Source: Deltaproteobacteria bacterium
GTDB lineage: Bacteria; Desulfobacterota; DSM-4660; Desulfatiglandales; B25-G16
DNA: 32,094 bases
Assembly (NCBI GenBank): GCA_018400255.1
Contig: JAGYMO010000283.1
Location: 1-32,094 of the forward strand
Direction of reading: 5' to 3'
Below the pieces are notes generated by a model that worked only from the letters and a program-made list of their open reading frames with translations, was not told the DNA's origin and ran no database searches. Within the stretch, counting starts at the first letter, position 1; the number at the start of each line of letters is the position of its first letter. The translations under genes were made by a program, and so were the position numbers. Positions 11,613-19,994 of this stretch are shown in pieces.

Positions 11613-12164
11613 TCATCTCCTTCCACCTCTCCCCATTCCTTTTCCGCCTCTCCCCATTCCTTTTCCTCTTCCCATCCCTCTGCCCTTTCCTTTAACGCCA
11701 TCAAATTTTTGCCATTGGCTGGATTTTCCCTTATCGATTTCTGTCCTGGTCTCTGTTACTATTCGTCGAATGGCCGAGGAAATGGAGGAAAAAAGGCTTA
11801 GAACAATACCGGTGCCTTGTTCAAAAAAGGCCTCTGTTTTATCCTTTGTCCCAGTCTCTTCCCGGGGTTTAGAATAGCCTGGTTTACTGCTTGAATTTGT
11901 CCTAATGTCTTCGGCTGTCTCAGCCTTTCTATGCTGGTCCTTTTGTGGCCCAAGAGATTCTTTTGAAGACAAAAAAGATTGCATTGTCTCATAGGCCTCA
12001 TTAATTTCCTTTAATTTATTTTCAGCCTTTTGTTTTAGGCGGGGATTGCTTGAGAAACGATCAGGGTGCCAGATATTTACCATATCTTTATAGGCCTGTT
12101 TTAGCTCATCTATGCTTGCATTTTTATCAAGTTCAAGAATATCAAAACATTTTTTAATATCCAT
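11613..12164 (-). CDS. J-domain (DnaJ-like) protein with Gly/Arg/Met-rich C-terminal tail
   Basis: ILEL...ELKQAY...WHPDRF...KLKEINEAY J-domain with an intact HPD. The tail is GRGMGRGKGMGRGGKGMGRGGRR. Confidence 0.88.
   Translation of the reverse strand: MDIKKCFDILELDKNASIDELKQAYKDMVNIWHPDRFSSNPRLKQKAENKLKEINEAYETMQSFLSSKESLGPQKDQHRKAETAEDIRTNSSSKPGYSKPREETGTKDKTEAFFEQGTGIVLSLFSSISSAIRRIVTETRTEIDKGKSSQWQKFDGVKGKGRGMGRGKGMGRGGKGMGRGGRR
11626..11690. repeat. Imperfect tandem repeat encoding the G(K/R)GMGRG tail
   Basis: CCTCTCCCCATTCCTTTTCC occurs twice at 21-nt spacing, followed by a degenerate copy. Confidence 0.75.
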
Positions 12165-12467
12165 TTTGTCTACCTTTTCACCAGTAATGGTATTGTAATG
12201 TGGCTGTTAATGTTTCGGGCAATACCCCGAACATGTTCATGATAATAAACCGGCCCTCGTATTTTAGCCCGGTTAAAAGATCATTTGTGTACGCATTGAT
12301 TCCCTATAAAATGTGTCATGATGCCCGCATCCAATACCACATCCTTTTTTAACATTTTAGATCATAAGATGTATATTTTTTAATTATTTAGAGCAATTTA
12401 CGGCTATATCACGGCAGTCCTTTGGCGAACGGGTTGCTGGGCCTAAAGAATGCGTTGGTCAAGACCT

Positions 12468-13235
12468 TCATAGGTATTTTTTACGAAATGCCTCTGTGGT
12501 TTCCCAAAGATCTGGTGTCAAATATTCCCTGACCTTTTTTACAAAATTTTCAGGTATGTCCCTGTAATATGCCTGTGCTATTCCCCCAGTAATGCAGGCG
12601 AGGGTGTCACTGTCACCTCCGAGAGAGACAGCGTTTCTTACTGCATCCTCGTAAGAATCCGAATCAAGGAAGGCAATTATAGCCTCAGGGACAGTTCCCT
12701 GGCAGGAAATGTCAAAGGAATAAAAGGGGCGAATGTCGTCAGTAGTACGGTTTAAGTTATAACCAAATTCCTTTTCTATCCTTCTTTTGATATCATTTTT
12801 GCTATAGCCATTTCTTGCAAGAAAGACAGCAAGCGCAGTTGCTTGAGCGCCTTTGATCCCCTCGGGATGATTGTGGGTGATCTCTGCAGACATCTGAGCC
12901 TGCAAAAGTACTGTAGCCTCTGTTGAGAAGGCAAGGCCAACAGGGCTAACCCTCATGGCAGCGCCATTTCCCCAGCTATTGTAAGGTCGATAATCATCTG
13001 AGTAAAGCCAGTGAATAAATGACCCACCGTAGCCGGCACCCGGATAATGACAACCTATTCGTCTTATTGAATCTACATATGTGCCGCTCGAGAGAATGGC
13101 GTCAGCAATGGCAACCGTAAGTACGGTGTCATCTGTGAAGTGACATTGAGCCTGGAAAAGAGGAAAGTCTTTAGTCTTTATCGGGTTGTGCTCATAAACT
13201 GAACCGATTATGTCGCCTGCAATTGCACCAATCAT
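12468..13235 (-). CDS. ADP-ribosylglycohydrolase family protein (DraG/ARH-like)
   Basis: Motifs GAIAGDIIGS, FTDDT, SWGNGAAMRVSP, THNHPEG and GGDSDT. Confidence 0.93.
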   Translation of the reverse strand: MIGAIAGDIIGSVYEHNPIKTKDFPLFQAQCHFTDDTVLTVAIADAILSSGTYVDSIRRIGCHYPGAGYGGSFIHWLYSDDYRPYNSWGNGAAMRVSPVGLAFSTEATVLLQAQMSAEITHNHPEGIKGAQATALAVFLARNGYSKNDIKRRIEKEFGYNLNRTTDDIRPFYSFDISCQGTVPEAIIAFLDSDSYEDAVRNAVSLGGDSDTLACITGGIAQAYYRDIPENFVKKVREYLTPDLWETTEAFRKKYL

Positions 13236-13526
13236 AGTTAACCTTCATATATTCAAGATTTATATATTGGCAATTTTACCTGGCATCCTACTATTAAACA
13301 GGAACGCAGGCAAATCTATTTTTTCCACTATGTAATATAGCACAGTCTTCTTACAGGGAAAGCTACGATAAAATAGGATTAAGGGCGTGTCAAGTAACAT
13401 TGTTGATGATTCTTAAAAACAACACATTAACAAATAGCCTTGTTTATCTTTTAAATCCTGTTTAAAATACAGTCTTATAGTTTTACGATGTATAATAAAA
13501 TTTTATAACTAAGGGGGTTTTTCTTC

Positions 13527-14558
13527 ATGAATACATACAATAAGGCCGTTGTTATTGGTGGGGGGGCTTTTGGAACGGCTATATCAAATGTACTTGCTGA
13601 AAATTTTAGCCGGGTTTTAATTAAGGTGAGAAGACAGAATACCTTTGATGACATTAGCAATGGAAGGAATGAATCCTATCTTCCGGGGCTAAGACTATCA
13701 AATAACATACAACCAGTTATGTCGTGGCATGAGATGTTTACCGGAGATGACGAAAAAATCGACCTGCTCGTCTTTGCTCTTCCCTCTGCCGCCCTTTTGG
13801 AATATCTGGATACCAATTATGACCCAATCCTAAGGATATTAAAAAAGGATGTGCCGGTTGTATCCCTATCAAAGGGAATTGACCCAAATACGCTGGAGTT
13901 AACAGATGATATATACCGTAAGTTTTTTAAGGACTTTTTAGATCACTTCACCTTTTTATCAGGCCCTTCTTTTGCAAAAGAGATAGTTGAAAGACAAATT
14001 ACAGTTGTCTCATTAGCTGGGAGATCAAAGAAGACCTTGATGAGTGTCTCAAGCATGTTGGATAATTCTTATTTTAAAACCTTGTCCTGCTATGACATAA
14101 AGGGTGTTTTGCTGGGCGGCGCTCTAAAGAATATTTTAGCTATTGCAGGGGGAATTATTGAGGGACTGGGTTTTAACCATAACACACGGGCTGCTCTGAT
14201 GACTCGGGGTATTTTTGAGATGCTTCATTTCGGACGAGTATTTAATGCCATGCCGGAAACCTTTTATGGTCTGAGCGGCATGGGAGACTTGATTCTTTCG
14301 ACTACTGGGGATTTAAGCCGCAATAAATTATTTGGTTTAGGTATTGCAAAAGGGATACAACCCCAGGATGTTCTAAAAGAGATGAAAACAACTGTAGAAG
14401 GCTATGAGACAACTCTAGCCGCACATCGTCTTTCCTTAAGGTATGATATTAGGGCTAGTATTTTTAACGGCGTGCACTCTGTCTTGTATGAGAATATTAC
14501 CCCGTTGCAAGCGTTAAGTAAGTTAATGCGGACCTCAACACGTTTTGAATTTGGTTAA
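13527..14558 (+). CDS. gpsA: NAD(P)H-dependent glycerol-3-phosphate dehydrogenase
   Basis: Motifs GGGAFGTA, YLPG, SKGI, LSGPSFAKE, GGALKN, GLSGMGDL, SRN and TVEG. Confidence 0.93.
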   Translation: MNTYNKAVVIGGGAFGTAISNVLAENFSRVLIKVRRQNTFDDISNGRNESYLPGLRLSNNIQPVMSWHEMFTGDDEKIDLLVFALPSAALLEYLDTNYDPILRILKKDVPVVSLSKGIDPNTLELTDDIYRKFFKDFLDHFTFLSGPSFAKEIVERQITVVSLAGRSKKTLMSVSSMLDNSYFKTLSCYDIKGVLLGGALKNILAIAGGIIEGLGFNHNTRAALMTRGIFEMLHFGRVFNAMPETFYGLSGMGDLILSTTGDLSRNKLFGLGIAKGIQPQDVLKEMKTTVEGYETTLAAHRLSLRYDIRASIFNGVHSVLYENITPLQALSKLMRTSTRFEFG

Positions 14559-14625
14559 AGATCCAGGCTGCCTTTCAATTATAAATACCAAGATGACAAT
14601 TGAGTAAGCCGAAAGCTTTGAAAAT

Positions 14626-14765
14626 TGCCTTCATCCGCGCTAACCTCCCCGCGTATTGCTCGTCGAGGCAGGCAGGGGCGTTCAAGCCCCGCTTTCAGCG
14701 TGAGGGTCGCTTCGTTTCTTGAAGCAAAGCGGAAATCCCGAAAACGGGGGGGTGGCAGGATTCGT
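14626..14765. repeat. GC-rich multi-hairpin intergenic element (REP/MITE-like or structured RNA)
   Basis: Hairpins GGGGC-GTTCAA-GCCCC, GCTTCGTTTC-TT-GAAGCAAAGC, CCCG-AAAA-CGGG and CTCG-T-CGAG in an otherwise AT-rich spacer. Confidence 0.4.
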
Positions 14766-15153
14766 AAGAAAACCATGTAAAATCGCGCCCCATGAAGCCG
14801 CTTTTTCTATTTCTGCGTTTGTGTAAAACCCTTACGTCACTATAGTCATTGAGCCTCAGGTCATTTTTATATAATTTAGTCATTTTCTATTACGATTAAA
14901 CTTTTTTTACCACATCCAAAAATTTCCCAAAACAATATATATTACTTTATTCTAAGCTCAACGTTCTGCCCCAGAACACCATCTACCTTAATTAAAAAAG
15001 CCAATTGAATATCAATCTATTATTTAATATTTCAATTTGACTTATTAAAATAACTAATCTATTTCTATAAATCATGTATCCTCTATCAAAATCTGCAACC
15101 GCTTGCCGTCTGATTGGTTCACTGCGGCAATAGCTTTAAAAAAGGAGGGATGA

Positions 15154-16242
15154 ATGACTCAATTGAAGAACTTTTTTGCTACCCGGGTGGGAATAATCAG
15201 TGTCGGCGCCTTTATTGGGATTTTCGCCTCACTATTACAGAAATGGGGAAATCCCGGAAACATGGGCATATGCGTTGCCTGCTTTGAGAGAGATATTGCA
15301 GGTGCCATAGGGTTTCATCGCGCCGCAGTGGTACAATACCTGCGACCTGAAATCATAGGGTTTGTGCTTGGCTCCTTGATCGCTGCGTATATCTTCAAGG
15401 AGTTTCGTCCGAGAGTGGGCTCTGCACCAATAGTCAGGTTTGTGCTCGGAGCCTTTGCCATGATTGGTGCCTTGGTCTTTTTAGGCTGTCCCTGGAGAGC
15501 CCTGTTGCGCTTTGCAGGTGGCGATGGAAACGCCATCTTCGGGTTACTTGGTCTCATAGGAGGAATCTGGATTGGAACTCGATTCCTGAAAAGGGGATAT
15601 AACCTGGGGCGTACTGAAAAGACATATATCTCGGTTGGATGGATGCTTTCATTGATCATGATGGGCTTTCTTGTTCTTCTGCTTATCTTTCCACAAATCC
15701 AGGGCGAGGCGAAGAGCGACATCCTCTTTTATAGTTTAAAAGGGCCTGGATCCATGCATGCGCCCATCATTGTTTCTCTTTTGGTGGGTCTGGGCATAGG
15801 ATTTCTTGCTCAGCGAAGCCGGTTTTGCACCATGGGAGCCTTCAGGGATTTAATTTTGTTTCGGGAGGCCCATCTTTTTACCGGACTGGCAACCCTTGCG
15901 GTTTTTGCCTTTATGACCAACCTGGTTGTGGGGCAGTTTCATCCCGGTTTTGTGAAGCAGCCAGTTGCCCATACTATGGGCCTCTGGAATTTTGGAGGGA
16001 TGGTCCTCGCCGGGCTTGCTTTTTCCTTAGCAGGGGGGTGCCCTGGGCGTCAGCTTTTCCTGGCGGGGGAAGGTGACGGTGATTCTGCGGTGTTTGTTCT
16101 TGGAATGATCGTAGGGGCTGGTTTTTCCCATAACTTCGGCTTGGCCAGCTCACCCGCAGGAATTGGCCCTCACGGAATAGCAGCCGTGATTATAGGAATA
16201 CTTGTGTGTTTGTTCATTGGTTTCACCATGAGGAAAAAATAG
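15154..16242 (+). CDS. yedE: YedE family putative selenium transporter (YeeE/YedE superfamily)
   Basis: Multi-TM protein with GNPGNMGICVAC, YLRPEI, LGCP, QRSRFCTMG and GGCPGRQL. RBS AAGGAGG. Clustered with selD. Confidence 0.92.
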   Translation: MTQLKNFFATRVGIISVGAFIGIFASLLQKWGNPGNMGICVACFERDIAGAIGFHRAAVVQYLRPEIIGFVLGSLIAAYIFKEFRPRVGSAPIVRFVLGAFAMIGALVFLGCPWRALLRFAGGDGNAIFGLLGLIGGIWIGTRFLKRGYNLGRTEKTYISVGWMLSLIMMGFLVLLLIFPQIQGEAKSDILFYSLKGPGSMHAPIIVSLLVGLGIGFLAQRSRFCTMGAFRDLILFREAHLFTGLATLAVFAFMTNLVVGQFHPGFVKQPVAHTMGLWNFGGMVLAGLAFSLAGGCPGRQLFLAGEGDGDSAVFVLGMIVGAGFSHNFGLASSPAGIGPHGIAAVIIGILVCLFIGFTMRKK

Positions 16243-16254
16243 GGGGTACACGTC

Positions 16255-16476
16255 ATGATAACAACCGTAGATGCAAAAGGCCTTTCCTGTCCACAGCCGG
16301 TATTAATGACGCTGGATGGGATAAAAAAGGCAGATGAAAACGAGATTTTAATACTGGTGGATACCGACACCTCAAAGGAGAATGTGAGCCGCGCTGCCAA
16401 GAGTCAGGGCTGGCAAGTGAAAGAGGTCCTTGAGGAAGGCGGAGGGTATCGGATTACCATTTCAAGGGAGGGGTAA
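16255..16476 (+). CDS. TusA/SirA-like (YedF-type) sulfur/selenium carrier
   Basis: 73 aa with VDAKGLSCPQP (CPxP motif). Confidence 0.9.
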   Translation: MITTVDAKGLSCPQPVLMTLDGIKKADENEILILVDTDTSKENVSRAAKSQGWQVKEVLEEGGGYRITISREG

Positions 16477-17030
16477 TGTCCTTTTTCAATGTATTTAAGC
16501 GGAAGCAGCAAGATATGTACCCTGGGGAAGCGATGTGTGACCGGGGGCTTTTGATATTCGAGAACACAAGCGAGGTTATCCTGGCAGAGAGGGTGCTAAA
16601 GGCCAAGGACTGGAACATCAGGGTAATGGGGCCGCCACCGGAAATCCGAAGTGGGTGCGATTTAGTAATAGAGATCCCTCTTATAGAGGAGCTTAATATC
16701 CTGAGGTCCCTTCAAAAGGAGGGTGTGCTACCTCGGGAGGTAGTTCCTGTTACCAGTCCCTTGCTTCAGCCTGTTGACCTGTTCAAGGTCAAGTACATCG
16801 ACAGGTATCTCATGGTTAGGGCAGCAAATATGAAATTGACCATTGACCTGGAAACGTCAATCATCGTGAATGTCTCAGGCGGAGGGTGCCCAGATGTTCC
16901 CTACCTCGCGCAAGAGATGGTGGGGAGGAAACTCATGGAGGCGCCAAGTCCTCGGGAAATCGGGCACACCTTATGTGGCTATGCCCTTCAGCTCGCGTAT
17001 GAGGAGGTGATTAGCAAATGCATGCAATAG
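16476..17030 (+). CDS. DUF3343 domain protein with Cys-containing C-terminal extension
   Basis: LIFENTSEVILAERVLK...PPEIRSGCDL, then GGGCPDVP and TLCGY. TAATG coupling to the upstream gene. Confidence 0.78.
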   Translation: MSFFNVFKRKQQDMYPGEAMCDRGLLIFENTSEVILAERVLKAKDWNIRVMGPPPEIRSGCDLVIEIPLIEELNILRSLQKEGVLPREVVPVTSPLLQPVDLFKVKYIDRYLMVRAANMKLTIDLETSIIVNVSGGGCPDVPYLAQEMVGRKLMEAPSPREIGHTLCGYALQLAYEEVISKCMQ

Positions 17031-18127
17031 TTGGAACTGTTCCTGTGGAAGATTTTCCCTTGGTGGCTGGAGAGGCAAGCCTTGCGGGGAATGAGTTTTT
17101 AATTCAAGATTACAAGGCCTTGGTTAATAGGGGAACCCCTGCCCTCATAGCAGCCGCCATTAAGGCGGGGGAGGTAGTGGGACTGCCTGCCCCTTATTGC
17201 TATCTCGTAGGTGATATTGGCCGTGGAGATGGCAGTAGAAGACTGTATGAGTTCCTAACAACTCATATAGGGGAATTTGACTTTGAAACAATTACGTTTC
17301 ATTATCTCCAGCCCGACGTTCATTGGCACAATAGGGTCCTCGAGATATTAAATAACAGGATGCCGCGACCCCGCCTCATAGCCGATGCCGGTTTTATGTA
17401 TGCGGCAAAGATGAGCGGAAGATCCCTGGAATATGATCTTTTCACACCTGATGTCGGTGAATTAGCATTTTTGGCAGACGAAGAAGCGCCTCACCCCTTT
17501 TATACCCGGGGTTTTATTCTCCATGAGGAAAGCAAGGTTCCTGAATTAATACAACGTGCTTATGACCATGGAAATGCCGCGCGGCACCTTTTGGTCAAGG
17601 GAGAGAGGGACTACATTTCCAGCCGGGAAGGAATTCGGGAGATTATCGATCATCCTTCAGAGGAGGCAATGGAGGTGATTGGCGGTACAGGAGATACTGT
17701 AACGGGGATTGTTGCAGCGCTAATCAGTACCGGTATGGAAATTGTTGATGCCGCACGTATTGCTGCAAAAACAAACAGGCTTGCCGGATACTACGCCAGA
17801 CCCACGGCTGCTACGCAGGTGATGGAAATCCTGCCTCACATACCGCGGGCCCTGGAAGAGGTGCTCCATGAAAAGCAAAGGCTTGATGCAGAGGGGGAAA
17901 GCCCCTCGATGGAAAGTAGCTCGATAAGCCCTGGTATGACCGTGCTGGATGTGATCAAGCGTTATAGGCACACTGAGTCCGTGTTCAAAAAATATGATGA
18001 GAAGGCCGGTGAATGTATCTGCTGCAATGCCCTCTTCGAACCTCTTGAAAATATGGCTGCACATTACGATCTAAACCTTGATGAACTTTTGGCAGAGCTT
18101 GAGGAAAGTATCTTGATTGACGCATGA
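17018..18127 (+). CDS. Ribokinase-fold carbohydrate kinase / NnrD-like protein fused to a C-terminal DUF1858-like Cys-rich domain
   Basis: IADAG, FTPDVGE, LLVKG and IGGTGD (anion hole). The last ~65 aa are ISPGMTVLDVI...VF...CICC...LDELLAEL. Confidence 0.75.
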   Translation: MHAIVGTVPVEDFPLVAGEASLAGNEFLIQDYKALVNRGTPALIAAAIKAGEVVGLPAPYCYLVGDIGRGDGSRRLYEFLTTHIGEFDFETITFHYLQPDVHWHNRVLEILNNRMPRPRLIADAGFMYAAKMSGRSLEYDLFTPDVGELAFLADEEAPHPFYTRGFILHEESKVPELIQRAYDHGNAARHLLVKGERDYISSREGIREIIDHPSEEAMEVIGGTGDTVTGIVAALISTGMEIVDAARIAAKTNRLAGYYARPTAATQVMEILPHIPRALEEVLHEKQRLDAEGESPSMESSSISPGMTVLDVIKRYRHTESVFKKYDEKAGECICCNALFEPLENMAAHYDLNLDELLAELEESILIDA

Positions 18128-18292
18128 TTGCATCTCTCATATCTGAGGAGGCACTTATAAAATCGTCATACTCTAAGGCCTTTTATATATCGATTTTTTG
18201 CCTTCCCTTTGAGGTAACGTTTTCGAGCGGTGTTTACGAGAAATTATGATATTTTCTCAGCTATGTTAGGATTTAGATAAATAGAGAGAACA

Positions 18293-19342
18293 ATGACTAA
18301 TAAAGAATACATACGGCTCACTCAGACTGTCAGCGGCTCGGGTTGAGCCTGCAAGATAGGTCCGGGGGACCTTGAGAAAGCCTTAGAAGGATTGCCGCTT
18401 ATCTCCAACCCAAACCTTATTGTAGGGATGGAGCATGCGGAGGATGCAGGGGTGTATCAACTGACGGAGGATCTGGCGATTGTACTCTCACTGGATTTTT
18501 TTACCCCCATCGTTGATGATCCTTATACCTTTGGTCAGATCGCTGCTACCAACTCGCTATCAGATATCTATGCCATGGGAGGAGTACCGATTACAGCCAT
18601 GAATATCATCTGCTTTCCTATAAAAACAATGGATATTTCTATCCTTCAGGAGGTTCTCAGGGGTGGATTGGATAAGATGCGAGAGGCGGGGGTGCCACTA
18701 GTCGGCGGGCATAGCGTCGAAGACAATGAGTTTAAGTATGGCCTCTCTGTAACAGGCACAATCCACCCACAAAAGATTATCTACAACAAGGGCGCAAGGG
18801 CGGGGGATAAGCTTATCCTTACTAAGCCTTTGGGTACGGGTATTATTAATACCGCCCTCAAAGGCGGACTGGCCGATGAGAATTCAGTGGCTGAAGCAAT
18901 ATCATGTATGAGCAGTTTAAACAAAAAGGCAGCAGAGCTTATGACTAAGGTAGAGGTAAACGCCTGTACGGATGTCACAGGTTTCGGCTTACTTGGCCAC
19001 GCCTGCGAGATGATAAAGGGGGAGGATGTTGGAATGATACTATACTCGTCAAATATTCCTATTCTACCCGGAACAGAGGATTATGCTATGATGGGGTTAA
19101 TCCCTGCAGGCACCATTCGGAATCGGGACTACAGCCTGCATATGATAAGGCGCTCTGCCGGGGTAACCGACGAGAGGCTTCTGATCCTTTTCGATGCCCA
19201 GACATCAGGAGGGCTGCTCATCTCGGTGCCCGCCCTTCAATCACAGAGCCTGCTTGAAATGCTTCATCGAGAAGGCGTAAAAGAGGCGGCTATTATTGGT
19301 GAGATCGTAGCACAGCCAAAGGGGATAATTGCTATAACGTAA
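18293..19342 (+). CDS. selD: Selenide, water dikinase (selenophosphate synthetase), selenocysteine-containing
   Basis: ATG 18293 reads MTNKEYIRLTQTVSGSG-TGA(18344-18346)-ACKIGP, in frame with the 18392 ORF. Motifs EDAGV, DFFTPIVDDP, GGHS, LTKPLGTG, TDVTGFGLLGH and DAQTSGGLL. 349 aa. Confidence 0.95.
18352..18374 (+). promoter_or_regulatory. Bacterial SECIS element of selD
   Basis: AGGTCC-GGG-GGACCT hairpin (18358-18372), extendable by CA/TG across a bulge. The G-rich apical loop begins 17 nt after the UGA. Confidence 0.82.
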
Positions 19343-19384
19343 TCGAATGTATTTATTGGGAAAGATTGTTCAGGACGGATGCCG

Positions 19385-19600
19385 TAAGCCTGGGAAAGAT
19401 CCTGCAGGTTGAATGGCTTTTGGATGAACCCATCACAGCCCCTATCCATAATTGCCTGGGCCTCTCCATTTCCCATTGTTATTTTTCCCGATGGGATATC
19501 CTCCACCGTGCCTTTTGCGTTCACGTGTTCATATTCAGGTACAACATTTTCAATAGACCGCAGGTCTTTTTGAAATGTAGAGCGGATAGTTATTTCCTGG
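19385..19600 (-). pseudogene. Internally deleted remnant of a hybrid sensor histidine kinase / receiver domain
   Basis: GEAQAIMDRGCDGFIQKPFNLQDLSQ matches a receiver-domain C-terminus (KPF). It is preceded by eroded HATPase-like text (EITIRSTFQKDL...VNA...IPSGKIT). No phosphoacceptor Asp region. Confidence 0.65.
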
Positions 19601-19994
19601 CCTTTAAGATGCTCGAAACAGGGGCATACAGGAGGCAAAGAAGATTTTTCCCCGGCAGGGCCGATCTCCCGGAAAAAAATTCCCTAATGAGAAATTTAAA
19701 AATCTTTTTATAGATTTATCTAATGTTAACAATGACATACACAATATGAGGAACTGGCATGATTTTCGCTTACTATTTTTAATAATAATCCTATGTAAGA
19801 CCTGAAGAGGATACTTTTCTTGGGACAAAACTATTAATGGGCGGAGCAATATGGATTCCAATGGAATAAAGAGTCCCGGATCGAAGACGATCAAAGGCTC
19901 TATGCCTCACGTAAAAAAGGCGAATCTAAAAAATAGCCTATATAAAAAGGAAATAAAGCATACTACGTCAGAGAAGCCCACCTTAGGCGGATTT

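Noticed and set aside
12400-12467. attC after the ADP-ribosylhydrolase gene (GACCAAC following the stop)
   Set aside because: No matching GTTRRRY box or convincing stem was found.
14675-14692. GGGGCGTTCAAGCCCC as part of a tRNA-Sec near the Se operon
   Set aside because: No acceptor stem, D-arm, long variable arm or CCA end can be built around it.
18125-18160. Selenocysteine readthrough of the kinase TGA stop
   Set aside because: A TAA follows after 10 codons, and there is no SECIS-like hairpin or redox motif.
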